Source: Candidatus Nanopusillus sp. (GTDB taxonomy: Archaea; Nanobdellota; Nanobdellia; Nanobdellales; Nanobdellaceae). From it: a stretch of DNA of 32,000 nt. The notes under the pieces are model-generated. The model searched no databases. It was not told the DNA's origin and saw only the letters and a program-made list of their open reading frames with translations. The stretch covers positions 49 to 32,048 of the forward strand of contig JBMSAQ010000023.1 of the NCBI GenBank assembly GCA_049414405.1. Direction: 5' to 3'. The translations under genes were made by a program, and so were the position numbers. This document shows positions 8,120 through 15,680 of this stretch, in pieces; position 1 is the stretch's first letter, and every line of letters begins with the position of its first letter.

Positions 8120-8384
8120 ATATTTTTTATCTTATGAATTTATTGGATTAAATGTGGAAGTATATGATTGTAAGATAAAAAGTTTAGTAGGTATTTATGG
8201 AGAGATAATAGATGAAACAAAAAATACATTTTATATAAAGAGTAAAGATAGAGTATATATAATTCCTAAGAGTATATCAAAATTTATTTTTTATTTCAAT
8301 GATTATTCATTTTTTTTGGATGGAAAATTAATTAATATGAGACCATGGGAAAGAATAAAAATAAATATAAAGAAAAAGGTATAA
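8106..8384 (+). CDS. rnp1: RNase P protein component 1 (Rpp29/Pop4 homologue)
   Basis: EFIGLNVEVYDCKIKSLVGIYGEIIDETKNTFYIKSKDRVYIIPK matches the Rpp29 Sm-like barrel (LIGLxVxVxxSxxxSLxGIxGxVVDETKNT). It sits in the conserved rpl29-sui1-rnp1 order. Confidence 0.8.
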   Translation: MKLNKYFLSYEFIGLNVEVYDCKIKSLVGIYGEIIDETKNTFYIKSKDRVYIIPKSISKFIFYFNDYSFFLDGKLINMRPWERIKINIKKKV

Positions 8385-8386
8385 GG

Positions 8387-8395
8387 TTTATATAT
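8387..8395 (+). promoter_or_regulatory. Putative TATA box (TTTATATAT) for the pilin-like gene
   Basis: The 9-mer TTTATATAT is centred about 27 nt upstream of the ATG at 8418. The identical 9-mer lies at the same spacing before two other genes (10409, 20122). In this AT-rich DNA a chance match is possible. Confidence 0.35.
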
Positions 8396-8417
8396 TACTG
8401 AAAATTTTAATTATATT

Positions 8418-8918
8418 ATGAAAATAAAAGCTGTGTCACCTCTGATTGCAACAATTATATTAATCGCCTTAACAGTAGCTTTAGGCGCAATTATAATTGG
8501 ATGGGCAAGAAATTATGTTAGTAGTGAAGTTTCAAAGTTAGGAGCCCAAGTTCAAATATTACAGGTAATTTATGATAATTTAAATGGCAATATAACCATT
8601 TTAGCTCAAAATATAGGATCTACACAATTAGTTGGAAATAATCTTTTAGTAGAATTTTCTTTGATTAATGGAAAAAGAGAGAGGTGTCCTTTGGTTTCAG
8701 GTAGTGATGATACAAGATATTTGGCATGTTATATTTATAATATAACAAATCCTTCATCTACCATTTCATATATAAATGATACAATACCTCAAAATTCTTT
8801 ATTTCTTATAAATATGATAGTTAATAAGAATAGTTTTGGAATAGCTTCTTTAACCGGTTCTACTATTTATATATATCATTCCAAAAACCAAATATCTGAG
8901 GGATATACATTATCATAA
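8418..8918 (+). CDS. Archaeal type IV pilin-like protein (class III signal peptide)
   Basis: MKIKA|VSPLIATIILIALTVALGAIIIG is the archaeal prepilin/archaellin-type N-terminus (K-A cleavage context, then the VSPLIAT hydrophobic helix). The body carries N-x-S/T sequons. Confidence 0.75.
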   Translation: MKIKAVSPLIATIILIALTVALGAIIIGWARNYVSSEVSKLGAQVQILQVIYDNLNGNITILAQNIGSTQLVGNNLLVEFSLINGKRERCPLVSGSDDTRYLACYIYNITNPSSTISYINDTIPQNSLFLINMIVNKNSFGIASLTGSTIYIYHSKNQISEGYTLS

Positions 8919-8972
8919 TTTACTTTTTAGTAGTTAATTAAAAGAATAAATGACATCTATAAATATTTTTAT

Positions 8973-10148
8973 ATGGAAATTAAATCTGCAAAAGCAAGGG
9001 TTGTTTTAAATTCTAGAGGAGATCCAACATTAGAAATTGAAATAAATGGTTATTCAGAAGCCGCTCCAGAAGGGGCAAGCAAGGGGTCTGGAGAAGTTCC
9101 ATATTTAGATCCTAAAAAAGCTGCTGAATTGTTCAATAATGAATTGGTAGACTTTCTTAAAACATTTGATATAATAACTTTAGATGATTTAAAAGAATTT
9201 GAAAGTGAATTTGAATCAATTGGTGGAATAAAAAGATATGGGGGCAATACATTAATTGCTACTGAATATGCTATATTAAGAGCATGGTCTCGTTATGAAG
9301 GAAAACCCATTTACAAATTTTTTAATAAAAATCCAAAAATGAATATAAGAATATTGGCAAATGTTGTTGGTGGTGGTGCACATTCAAAAGGTAGAAGTAC
9401 AAATATTCAGGAATTCTTAGTTTCTCCAGATACAGACAATTTACTTTTATCTATTTTTGTTGCATCATATATACATAAATTATTGGGGAAGAGATTGGAA
9501 TTGTTGGATGATAAATTTTTATATGGAAGGAATGATGAAGGTGCTTGGACAACATCGCTTGAAGATGAAACAATATTTAATATTATAAAAATGGTCTTTG
9601 ATGAGGTTAAGATAGATTATAATATAAAAGTTGATCTTGGAGTTGATTTTGCTGCAAGTCAATTATATAAAGATAAAGCATATAGATATAAAAATAAAGT
9701 ATTTTCTAGAGGAGATCAAATAAAATATGTAAAATTTCTTATAGATACGTATGATTTATTTTATGTTGAAGACCCATTATATGAAGAAGATTTTGAAGGA
9801 TTTGCAGAGATAAATAATAGTACGAAATGCTTAATTGTTGGAGACGATTTAACAGTAACAAATGTAGAGAGAATAAAGAAATCTTTAATATATAAATCAA
9901 TTAAGGGTGTTATAATAAAACCAAATCAAATAGGTTCTGTTGTTAAAGCATACGAAGTTGTAAAATTTTGTAAAGAAAACAGTCTTATACCAATATTATC
10001 TCATAGATCTGGAGAAACAGAGAGCAATATATTAGCCCATTTAGCAGTTGGATTTGAAGTTCCATTTGTGAAGTTTGGAATTATAAATGGAGAGAGAATT
10101 GCAAAGTTAAATGAATTAATTAGAATATATGAAAGCTTAAATAAATAA
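8973..10148 (+). CDS. eno: Enolase (divergent, short, 391 aa)
   Basis: EGASKGSGE, IQEFLV, VDFAASQ, VEDPL, VGDDLTVTN, IIKPNQIGSV and SHRSGETES...ERIAKLNELIRI. All catalytic and metal motifs I can recall are present. Confidence 0.88.
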   Translation: MEIKSAKARVVLNSRGDPTLEIEINGYSEAAPEGASKGSGEVPYLDPKKAAELFNNELVDFLKTFDIITLDDLKEFESEFESIGGIKRYGGNTLIATEYAILRAWSRYEGKPIYKFFNKNPKMNIRILANVVGGGAHSKGRSTNIQEFLVSPDTDNLLLSIFVASYIHKLLGKRLELLDDKFLYGRNDEGAWTTSLEDETIFNIIKMVFDEVKIDYNIKVDLGVDFAASQLYKDKAYRYKNKVFSRGDQIKYVKFLIDTYDLFYVEDPLYEEDFEGFAEINNSTKCLIVGDDLTVTNVERIKKSLIYKSIKGVIIKPNQIGSVVKAYEVVKFCKENSLIPILSHRSGETESNILAHLAVGFEVPFVKFGIINGERIAKLNELIRIYESLNK

Positions 10149-10409
10149 CTTGAACCATTTTTTATATTCTTCAGGTACCTCAATTAATCCTAAATTAATT
10201 AGTGTATCCAATATTCCCCATATATAATTTTCTAATTCAAATGCTTTTACAAAATCTTTATTTTCATAAAAATACTTCATGTCATTATAATAAGATATAA
10301 CAAATTCTTCAAACCTCTTATCTAAAAATCTTATGTTTTTAAATATTAATTCTAGTTTTTTATATTCTTTGTTTAGATAATAGAAAAACTCTTCTTCATT
10401 TATTCTCAT
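10137..10409 (-). CDS. Small helical protein, DUF357-like
   Basis: 90 aa. YYNDMKYFYENKDFVKAFELENYIWGILDTLINLGLI resembles the DUF357 pattern (DAxYFxxxGDxxxAxxxxxYAxGxLDxxxxLGLI) of short archaeal proteins. Confidence 0.35.
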   Translation of the reverse strand: MRINEEEFFYYLNKEYKKLELIFKNIRFLDKRFEEFVISYYNDMKYFYENKDFVKAFELENYIWGILDTLINLGLIEVPEEYKKWFKLFI

Positions 10410-10417
10410 TTATATAT
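10409..10417 (+). promoter_or_regulatory. Putative TATA box (TTTATATAT) for the AGOG gene, overlapping the start codon of the divergent gene
   Basis: The 9-mer is centred about 25 nt upstream of the ATG at 10438. It shares a base with the CAT (10407-10409) that starts the minus-strand gene. Confidence 0.35.
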
Positions 10418-10437
10418 CTTATTTAAAAGTTTAATAA

Positions 10438-11151
10438 ATGGATCTTAGAGATATATTATCTAAATTTGATGTTGAAGAAATATTATATTTTGAAGAAAAT
10501 TATGATTTACAATATAAATATTTAAAACTTTTATATAAGAACATAAGAAATCAAAATTTATTTCTAAAGATTATTGTAATGAATTCTTTATTAGCGTTTC
10601 AATTATCGTATAAAGGAGAAAAATTCTGGAAAATATTTTCCATATACTTTTCTAAATATGATAATAATGATATATACAACAATTTTCTATCTTTCATAAA
10701 TTTATATAATAAGAGATATAAGGAAATAAAAATAAAAAGATTAAGTAAAATTTATAATTGGATAAAGGATAAAGATTTATTAATTTATAAAGATGATTTA
10801 GTTAAATTTAATTTAGAAATTGCAGAAGTAATGAGACAAAATATCTATGACAAGACAGTAGTATTTTCAACAAAGATTTATGGTTATGGATTAAGAATTA
10901 TTGGATATAAAATAATATTTCCATTTGAGATATTCATACCAATAGATAATAGAATTAGAAAAATTAGTAAAGATAGAAATTATTGGATAAGATTATCAAA
11001 AGAAGTAAATATACCATTATTACACATAGATTCTTTAATATGGATTACTATGGGGTTGGATAACGATAAAATAGAAAGAATAAGAAATGAAAAACTTAAA
11101 AATAAAATTAAATTATTAAAAAATTATCTAAATAATATTATTAATAATTAA
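10438..11151 (+). CDS. Archaeal 8-oxoguanine DNA glycosylase/lyase (AGOG family)
   Basis: LLAFQLSYKGEKFW, DKTVVFSTKIYGYG and IPIDNRI. Lys139/146 and Asp170 fall about where I recall the AGOG catalytic Lys (~140) and Asp (~172). 237 aa. Confidence 0.55.
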   Translation: MDLRDILSKFDVEEILYFEENYDLQYKYLKLLYKNIRNQNLFLKIIVMNSLLAFQLSYKGEKFWKIFSIYFSKYDNNDIYNNFLSFINLYNKRYKEIKIKRLSKIYNWIKDKDLLIYKDDLVKFNLEIAEVMRQNIYDKTVVFSTKIYGYGLRIIGYKIIFPFEIFIPIDNRIRKISKDRNYWIRLSKEVNIPLLHIDSLIWITMGLDNDKIERIRNEKLKNKIKLLKNYLNNIINN

Positions 11152-11592
11152 TAGACCATCTGTAATGTATAATATATCCCTAGCAATTTTTTCTTCATTT
11201 ATTATTTTTGAGTCGAAATCTGACCCTATTTTTCCATTTCCAACAGATATTTTTTCAGTTGGAGATAGCAAGTATTTGTCATACTTTAATATGAATTCTT
11301 CAGATTTCTTTAATAAATATCCTAAATATATTAGTTGATTTAGACCATAAATTTTATTTTTATCACTCAAATCATTAAAATTATATATATACAAATTAAT
11401 ATTACTTTCTAATAATTTTATTTTATTGTCTTTTATTAATAATGTAGCTTGCCAATTCTTTTTATAATCTTTATAATTCAATGATGTCGTTGTTTTATTG
11501 TTAAATTCTAATATCATCTTTTCTTTTTCCTTTTTTATTGTTACTTTACCTTCTTCTAAAGATAACTTTATCCCTATACCCAATATATCCAT
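11128..11592 (-). CDS. Hypothetical protein with weak EndA-like (tRNA-splicing endonuclease fold) motifs
   Basis: A 154-aa ORF with no competing frame. YLGYLLKKSEEFILK...GNGKIGSDFD loosely resembles EndA YLVYxDLxxRGYIVK..GxKFGxDF. No catalytic Tyr/His is visible. Confidence 0.2.
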   Translation of the reverse strand: MDILGIGIKLSLEEGKVTIKKEKEKMILEFNNKTTTSLNYKDYKKNWQATLLIKDNKIKLLESNINLYIYNFNDLSDKNKIYGLNQLIYLGYLLKKSEEFILKYDKYLLSPTEKISVGNGKIGSDFDSKIINEEKIARDILYITDGLLIINNII

Positions 11593-11658
11593 AAAACTAT
11601 TTATAGAAAATGAGATATAAAAAGGTTATTAAAAATTTACCAAGTAATCTATATATAT

Positions 11659-11731
11659 GCCGCCGTAGCTCAGTTGGTAGAGCAGCCGGCTGTTAACCGG
11701 CAGGTCGTGGGTTCAAGTCCCACCGGCGGCG
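11659..11731 (+). tRNA. tRNA-Asn (anticodon GUU), no intron, no encoded CCA
   Basis: Acceptor GCCGCCG/CGGCGGC, D arm GCTC..GAGC, anticodon stem GCCGG/CCGGC with loop CTGTTAA (GTT), T arm GTGGG-TTCAAGT-CCCAC, discriminator G. About 67% G+C by my count. Confidence 0.93.
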
Positions 11732-12598
11732 CTATTCATTATAATATTTATATAATAATTCTCTGTTTGCTTCCAGTTGTATATTTTTAATATTTAAGTA
11801 ATCTGCAGCAGATAAAAACTCTGTACTAAAATTTTTTCCAATTTCGTTTAATTTATTTAGTATTTCTCTATAGTTTAAAGATCTAGCCATATGATGATCA
11901 ATTATTATTTTATTAATCTTTGTATTCTCTAGTAATCTTTCAATATTTTTGTAAAATATTTCGTTATGTAAGGCATCCCACTTTGTATGATAAAAGGGAG
12001 AACCTGATAGTATCATATGATCTGGGTTTTTTTCTACTATATAATTTAGTGTGAAATCTGTTAAAATACCTTGTATATCAGATCCAAAAAATAAAGATGA
12101 GTTTTTATATTCAATGTACACACCAATAACATAACCTAAAACTGAATTTTCTGTTCCATGAAATAATGGGGGAGAAATTTCTATATATGTATTATTAAAT
12201 TCAAATACTTTATTATCCCCAATATATATTTCAGATTTATTCTTTAATTTTTCATATACATTTTTTCCCCTATTTTTTTGGGAATTATTTATGTAATTAT
12301 TAAAATCTTTTATGATTAGTTTTTTATTATATAATATCTTGAAATGTTCTTCTTTTGGATTTGGACAATGATCCCAATGATAATGTGTAATAATTATTAA
12401 ATCGACATCTTTTGATGATTCAATTATTTCTTTTCTTTTGTTTTTTAATTCTTCTAATTCGATTTTGTGAGGTTTTAGACCATATCTATAAGGAGCAATT
12501 GCAATAGACGGATCTATAAACATTTTAATATCAGTTTTAACAATTGTTGCCATAGATCTTGTTGAAAAAGAATCATATGCAACCGGTATTATTATCAT
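11732..12598 (-). CDS. Metallo-beta-lactamase-fold hydrolase (UPF0282/COG2248-like)
   Basis: IIPVAYDSFSTRSMATIVKT...IDPSIAIAP.RYGLKPH matches the UPF0282 N-terminus. HxHxDH motif as ITHYHWDHC. Confidence 0.65.
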   Translation of the reverse strand: MIIIPVAYDSFSTRSMATIVKTDIKMFIDPSIAIAPYRYGLKPHKIELEELKNKRKEIIESSKDVDLIIITHYHWDHCPNPKEEHFKILYNKKLIIKDFNNYINNSQKNRGKNVYEKLKNKSEIYIGDNKVFEFNNTYIEISPPLFHGTENSVLGYVIGVYIEYKNSSLFFGSDIQGILTDFTLNYIVEKNPDHMILSGSPFYHTKWDALHNEIFYKNIERLLENTKINKIIIDHHMARSLNYREILNKLNEIGKNFSTEFLSAADYLNIKNIQLEANRELLYKYYNE

Positions 12599-12618
12599 TA
12601 AAAAATATTAATAAAAAA

Positions 12619-13443
12619 TTAATAAACAGCTTCTCCAATTTCTTCAATAAATATCTTTTCATGATAATCAAATATATTCCTATCTTTTGATGGATTCATA
12701 CCATATAGTCTAATTCTCCTATCTTTACCTATCTCAAATATAAATTCAGAATATTCTTTGTATTTTCCATTTATAATTTCAACAACCTTTCTTACAAATA
12801 GTTCCCCGGGTATTTTTGGATAATCTTCTAATTTACTTCCCATTCCTTCTTCTCCAGTTTTTATAGTATCTGGAGATAATGCAATAAGTCTTCTTTTTCT
12901 ATTGTTTACTTCGTCATCATATTTTAATGCAGCTACATATCTATCTAAAGCAGCTTTAGTAATTTGATATATAGGATCCCAACCACCGACATAATGTGCA
13001 GAAATAGACACCATATATATGGTATCTAAAATAAGTTTCTTATTTAATAGTCCAATGTCCAAAGCCATTATACCTTCTAAATTTGTCTGCCAAGCTTTTC
13101 TTATTTCTTTTATACTATATTTTGATATATCTCCTCTATAATCATATAAAATTCCAATATTGTAAAATACTGATACTTTATATCCTTTATTTACATATTC
13201 TATTATTTTTTCTATTATTTTTTCTCTATCACTATCTTCTGTTAAATCCCCAACTACGTAATCATCTATCTTTCCTTTATTTTTCATATCAGCTAATACA
13301 TTTTCTCTTCTTCCATTTCCAACAACAATATATTCATTCTTTTTTAATCCTTCTGCTAATATTTTTCCAATTCCGCCAGTAACTCCTAATAAGGATATAA
13401 CTCCTTTCTTTTCTTCGTTCATCATAATCTTATCAAGGCTCAT
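12619..13443 (-). CDS. Short-chain dehydrogenase/reductase (SDR) family protein with a C-terminal extension
   Basis: Rossmann motif LLGVTGGIGK, a catalytic Ser region (VSISA) and YxxxK as YQITK. About 70 extra C-terminal residues. Confidence 0.6.
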   Translation of the reverse strand: MSLDKIMMNEEKKGVISLLGVTGGIGKILAEGLKKNEYIVVGNGRRENVLADMKNKGKIDDYVVGDLTEDSDREKIIEKIIEYVNKGYKVSVFYNIGILYDYRGDISKYSIKEIRKAWQTNLEGIMALDIGLLNKKLILDTIYMVSISAHYVGGWDPIYQITKAALDRYVAALKYDDEVNNRKRRLIALSPDTIKTGEEGMGSKLEDYPKIPGELFVRKVVEIINGKYKEYSEFIFEIGKDRRIRLYGMNPSKDRNIFDYHEKIFIEEIGEAVY

Positions 13444-14279
13444 AGTGTATATAAACTATCAATATATTCTAATATAGTTCTTTTCATTTCTTCTTGTCCC
13501 AAATCATTAAAGAATTTTTCAAATGGTTCTTTTACATTTTTATCTATTTTACTTGAATATGCATAGATTACCTGACCATTATTATATAAAAATCCTGTTA
13601 AATAATATCCTCTTTTTTCATATTCTTCTATATTTGTTGTATATATTAATTTTGGATATTTCTCATTATTTTCTTTTCTTTTATATTCAGATGAATAGAT
13701 TTTACAATCTAAATTATTCAATATACATATTTTTTTAAAGAATTCTTCGGAATATTTTGGTATCTTTAATTCTAATACTTTATCGTTTGATCTATGTCCA
13801 ATAATTGTTGTATATGGATTATTTTCATTATCTCTATATATAAAAGATGAAGCAAAACCAAAAATTCTTATTCTATGATTTTCCCATATTCTAAATATCT
13901 TGATTGAAGTTAGTAAATATATAACAAAATCTGTGGCTACAGGTATGTTTTGTTGTAAGAAATAATAATAAAGTTTTTTTGCAATTCCTTTATTAGAATA
14001 ATTACTATCAACGATAGTGTAAACATTATATGGTATTCCACTTTTATATGTCCAGTGAGATAATCCAGCTATATAATTATCTATTATGTATAAAAGAATA
14101 ATATCTCCTTTATTTATCAAATCTTTTACATATTCTTCTTTATAAATCTTATATGAATTTTCTCCATTTTCTCCAAAATCAAAATAGAATCTATTTTCTT
14201 TAATATTTTTTCTAATAAATTCCGTAATATATTTTATATCATTATAATCTGCTATTTTAGTATATTCACCCGTATCCAT
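13440..14279 (-). CDS. Hypothetical protein with an N-terminal GNAT-like acetyltransferase motif
   Basis: YTIVDSNYSNKGIAKKLYYYF resembles GNAT motif A (V.p.yrgkGIgk.L). The C-terminal half is unrecognised. ATGA overlap with the SDR gene. Confidence 0.35.
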   Translation of the reverse strand: MDTGEYTKIADYNDIKYITEFIRKNIKENRFYFDFGENGENSYKIYKEEYVKDLINKGDIILLYIIDNYIAGLSHWTYKSGIPYNVYTIVDSNYSNKGIAKKLYYYFLQQNIPVATDFVIYLLTSIKIFRIWENHRIRIFGFASSFIYRDNENNPYTTIIGHRSNDKVLELKIPKYSEEFFKKICILNNLDCKIYSSEYKRKENNEKYPKLIYTTNIEEYEKRGYYLTGFLYNNGQVIYAYSSKIDKNVKEPFEKFFNDLGQEEMKRTILEYIDSLYTL

Positions 14280-14322
14280 AACTATTATATAGTTAAGAGA
14301 AAGACCTATAAGTATGACAAAG

Positions 14323-15669
14323 TTATATATATTTTAACATTTTTGCAGTTTTTTCGTCCATATAATATGCTTCAATTCCTTTATCTCTTAATCTTTTAGC
14401 AAAATATTTAGAGAGTATGCCATTTTTACATATTAACAAGTATTTTTTACTCTTTTCGAAATTATACTTAGAAAATTCTTCAAACTTTATAATTATTAGA
14501 TCTTTTTTATCCGGAATTTTTAAATTAAACTCTTCAATATTTATATTATTAATTTCTCTAATTTTTTCAATTTCATTATCAAAATCTATATTTAATTTAT
14601 TTAATTCAGAAATTAAAAGATCTATTTTTGGTTTTGTTGTTGGATGATTTTCAATTTTACATATTTCAGGTGCCCTTATATAATATACGCCAATTTTCTT
14701 TGATGATTCTAATATTTCGTTTCTATTAAAACCAATTAATGGTCTTAATACCAAAATATCTACAAGACTATCTAATACTTTTAATGAATCAATCTTTTGT
14801 GAAGAGACTTGTCCTAAAGATTCCCCTGTAATTATACAATCATAATTATTTTTCTTTGCAAATTTTTCTGCAATTTTATACATTATTGCTTTAAATAATA
14901 TTTGTCTATATCCTTCTCTTACATTAAATAAATATTTTATATCTAAATTATATACGTATAATTTTGAATTTGGAAAATATTCCTTTAATTTATTATATAC
15001 ATTATATACATATTGCAAATAAACATCTCCGGCAATATTAATAAATAAAAAATCTATTTTTAATCCTCTTTTTGAAATAATATATGCAGCTACCGATGAA
15101 TCAGATCCACCTGAAAATAATAAGATCCCTTTACCTTCAGACCCTTCTGGTAATCCACCAAGTCCTTCGATTATTTTATCATAAATAAATGTATAATCTC
15201 TATGTATTTCTATATATAATATTTTTTCAGGATTTTTTACATCAACTTTTAATTTATATTTATTTAAGATTTCTTCTCCAATAATTTTATTAACTTCTAT
15301 GGATTTATAAGGAAAGCTTTTATCAACTCTCTTTGTAGATATCTTAAATTTATTAATATTTCCAATAAAATTGCTGAAAAATTCTAAAGAATATTTTTTT
15401 ATATTTTCTATAGATGTCTCAAAATAAATAGATGGATATATATTTTTTATCCCAGGAATCTTTCTTAATATGTTTATCCATTCCTCTTTATAATCCCATA
15501 TTATTATTCTACCTCTTCTATTTTCTATTTTATTAAAATTTATTCTATTTTTAATATCATTTATTAATATATTTATCATTTTTTTCTTTACTTTTTCAGA
15601 TTTTGTCCATATTTCATCAACACCAATCAATATACAATTATACATAATATTTTTATTACTAAAAACCAT
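14323..15669 (-). CDS. thiI: tRNA 4-thiouridine sulfurtransferase ThiI (THUMP + PP-loop + C-terminal rhodanese-like domain)
   Basis: PP-loop LLFSGGSDSSVAAY, TGESLGQVSSQ and RPLIGFNRNEI. The C-terminus LLICKNGILSKYFAKRLRDKGI matches the rhodanese loop of bacterial ThiI (LLWCERGVMSR). I chose the ATG at 15669 (or 15645), because the 56 residues upstream in the ORF track are low-complexity and overlap the divergent gene. Confidence 0.8.
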   Translation of the reverse strand: MVFSNKNIMYNCILIGVDEIWTKSEKVKKKMINILINDIKNRINFNKIENRRGRIIIWDYKEEWINILRKIPGIKNIYPSIYFETSIENIKKYSLEFFSNFIGNINKFKISTKRVDKSFPYKSIEVNKIIGEEILNKYKLKVDVKNPEKILYIEIHRDYTFIYDKIIEGLGGLPEGSEGKGILLFSGGSDSSVAAYIISKRGLKIDFLFINIAGDVYLQYVYNVYNKLKEYFPNSKLYVYNLDIKYLFNVREGYRQILFKAIMYKIAEKFAKKNNYDCIITGESLGQVSSQKIDSLKVLDSLVDILVLRPLIGFNRNEILESSKKIGVYYIRAPEICKIENHPTTKPKIDLLISELNKLNIDFDNEIEKIREINNINIEEFNLKIPDKKDLIIIKFEEFSKYNFEKSKKYLLICKNGILSKYFAKRLRDKGIEAYYMDEKTAKMLKYI

Positions 15670-15680
15670 TATAATGTTAT

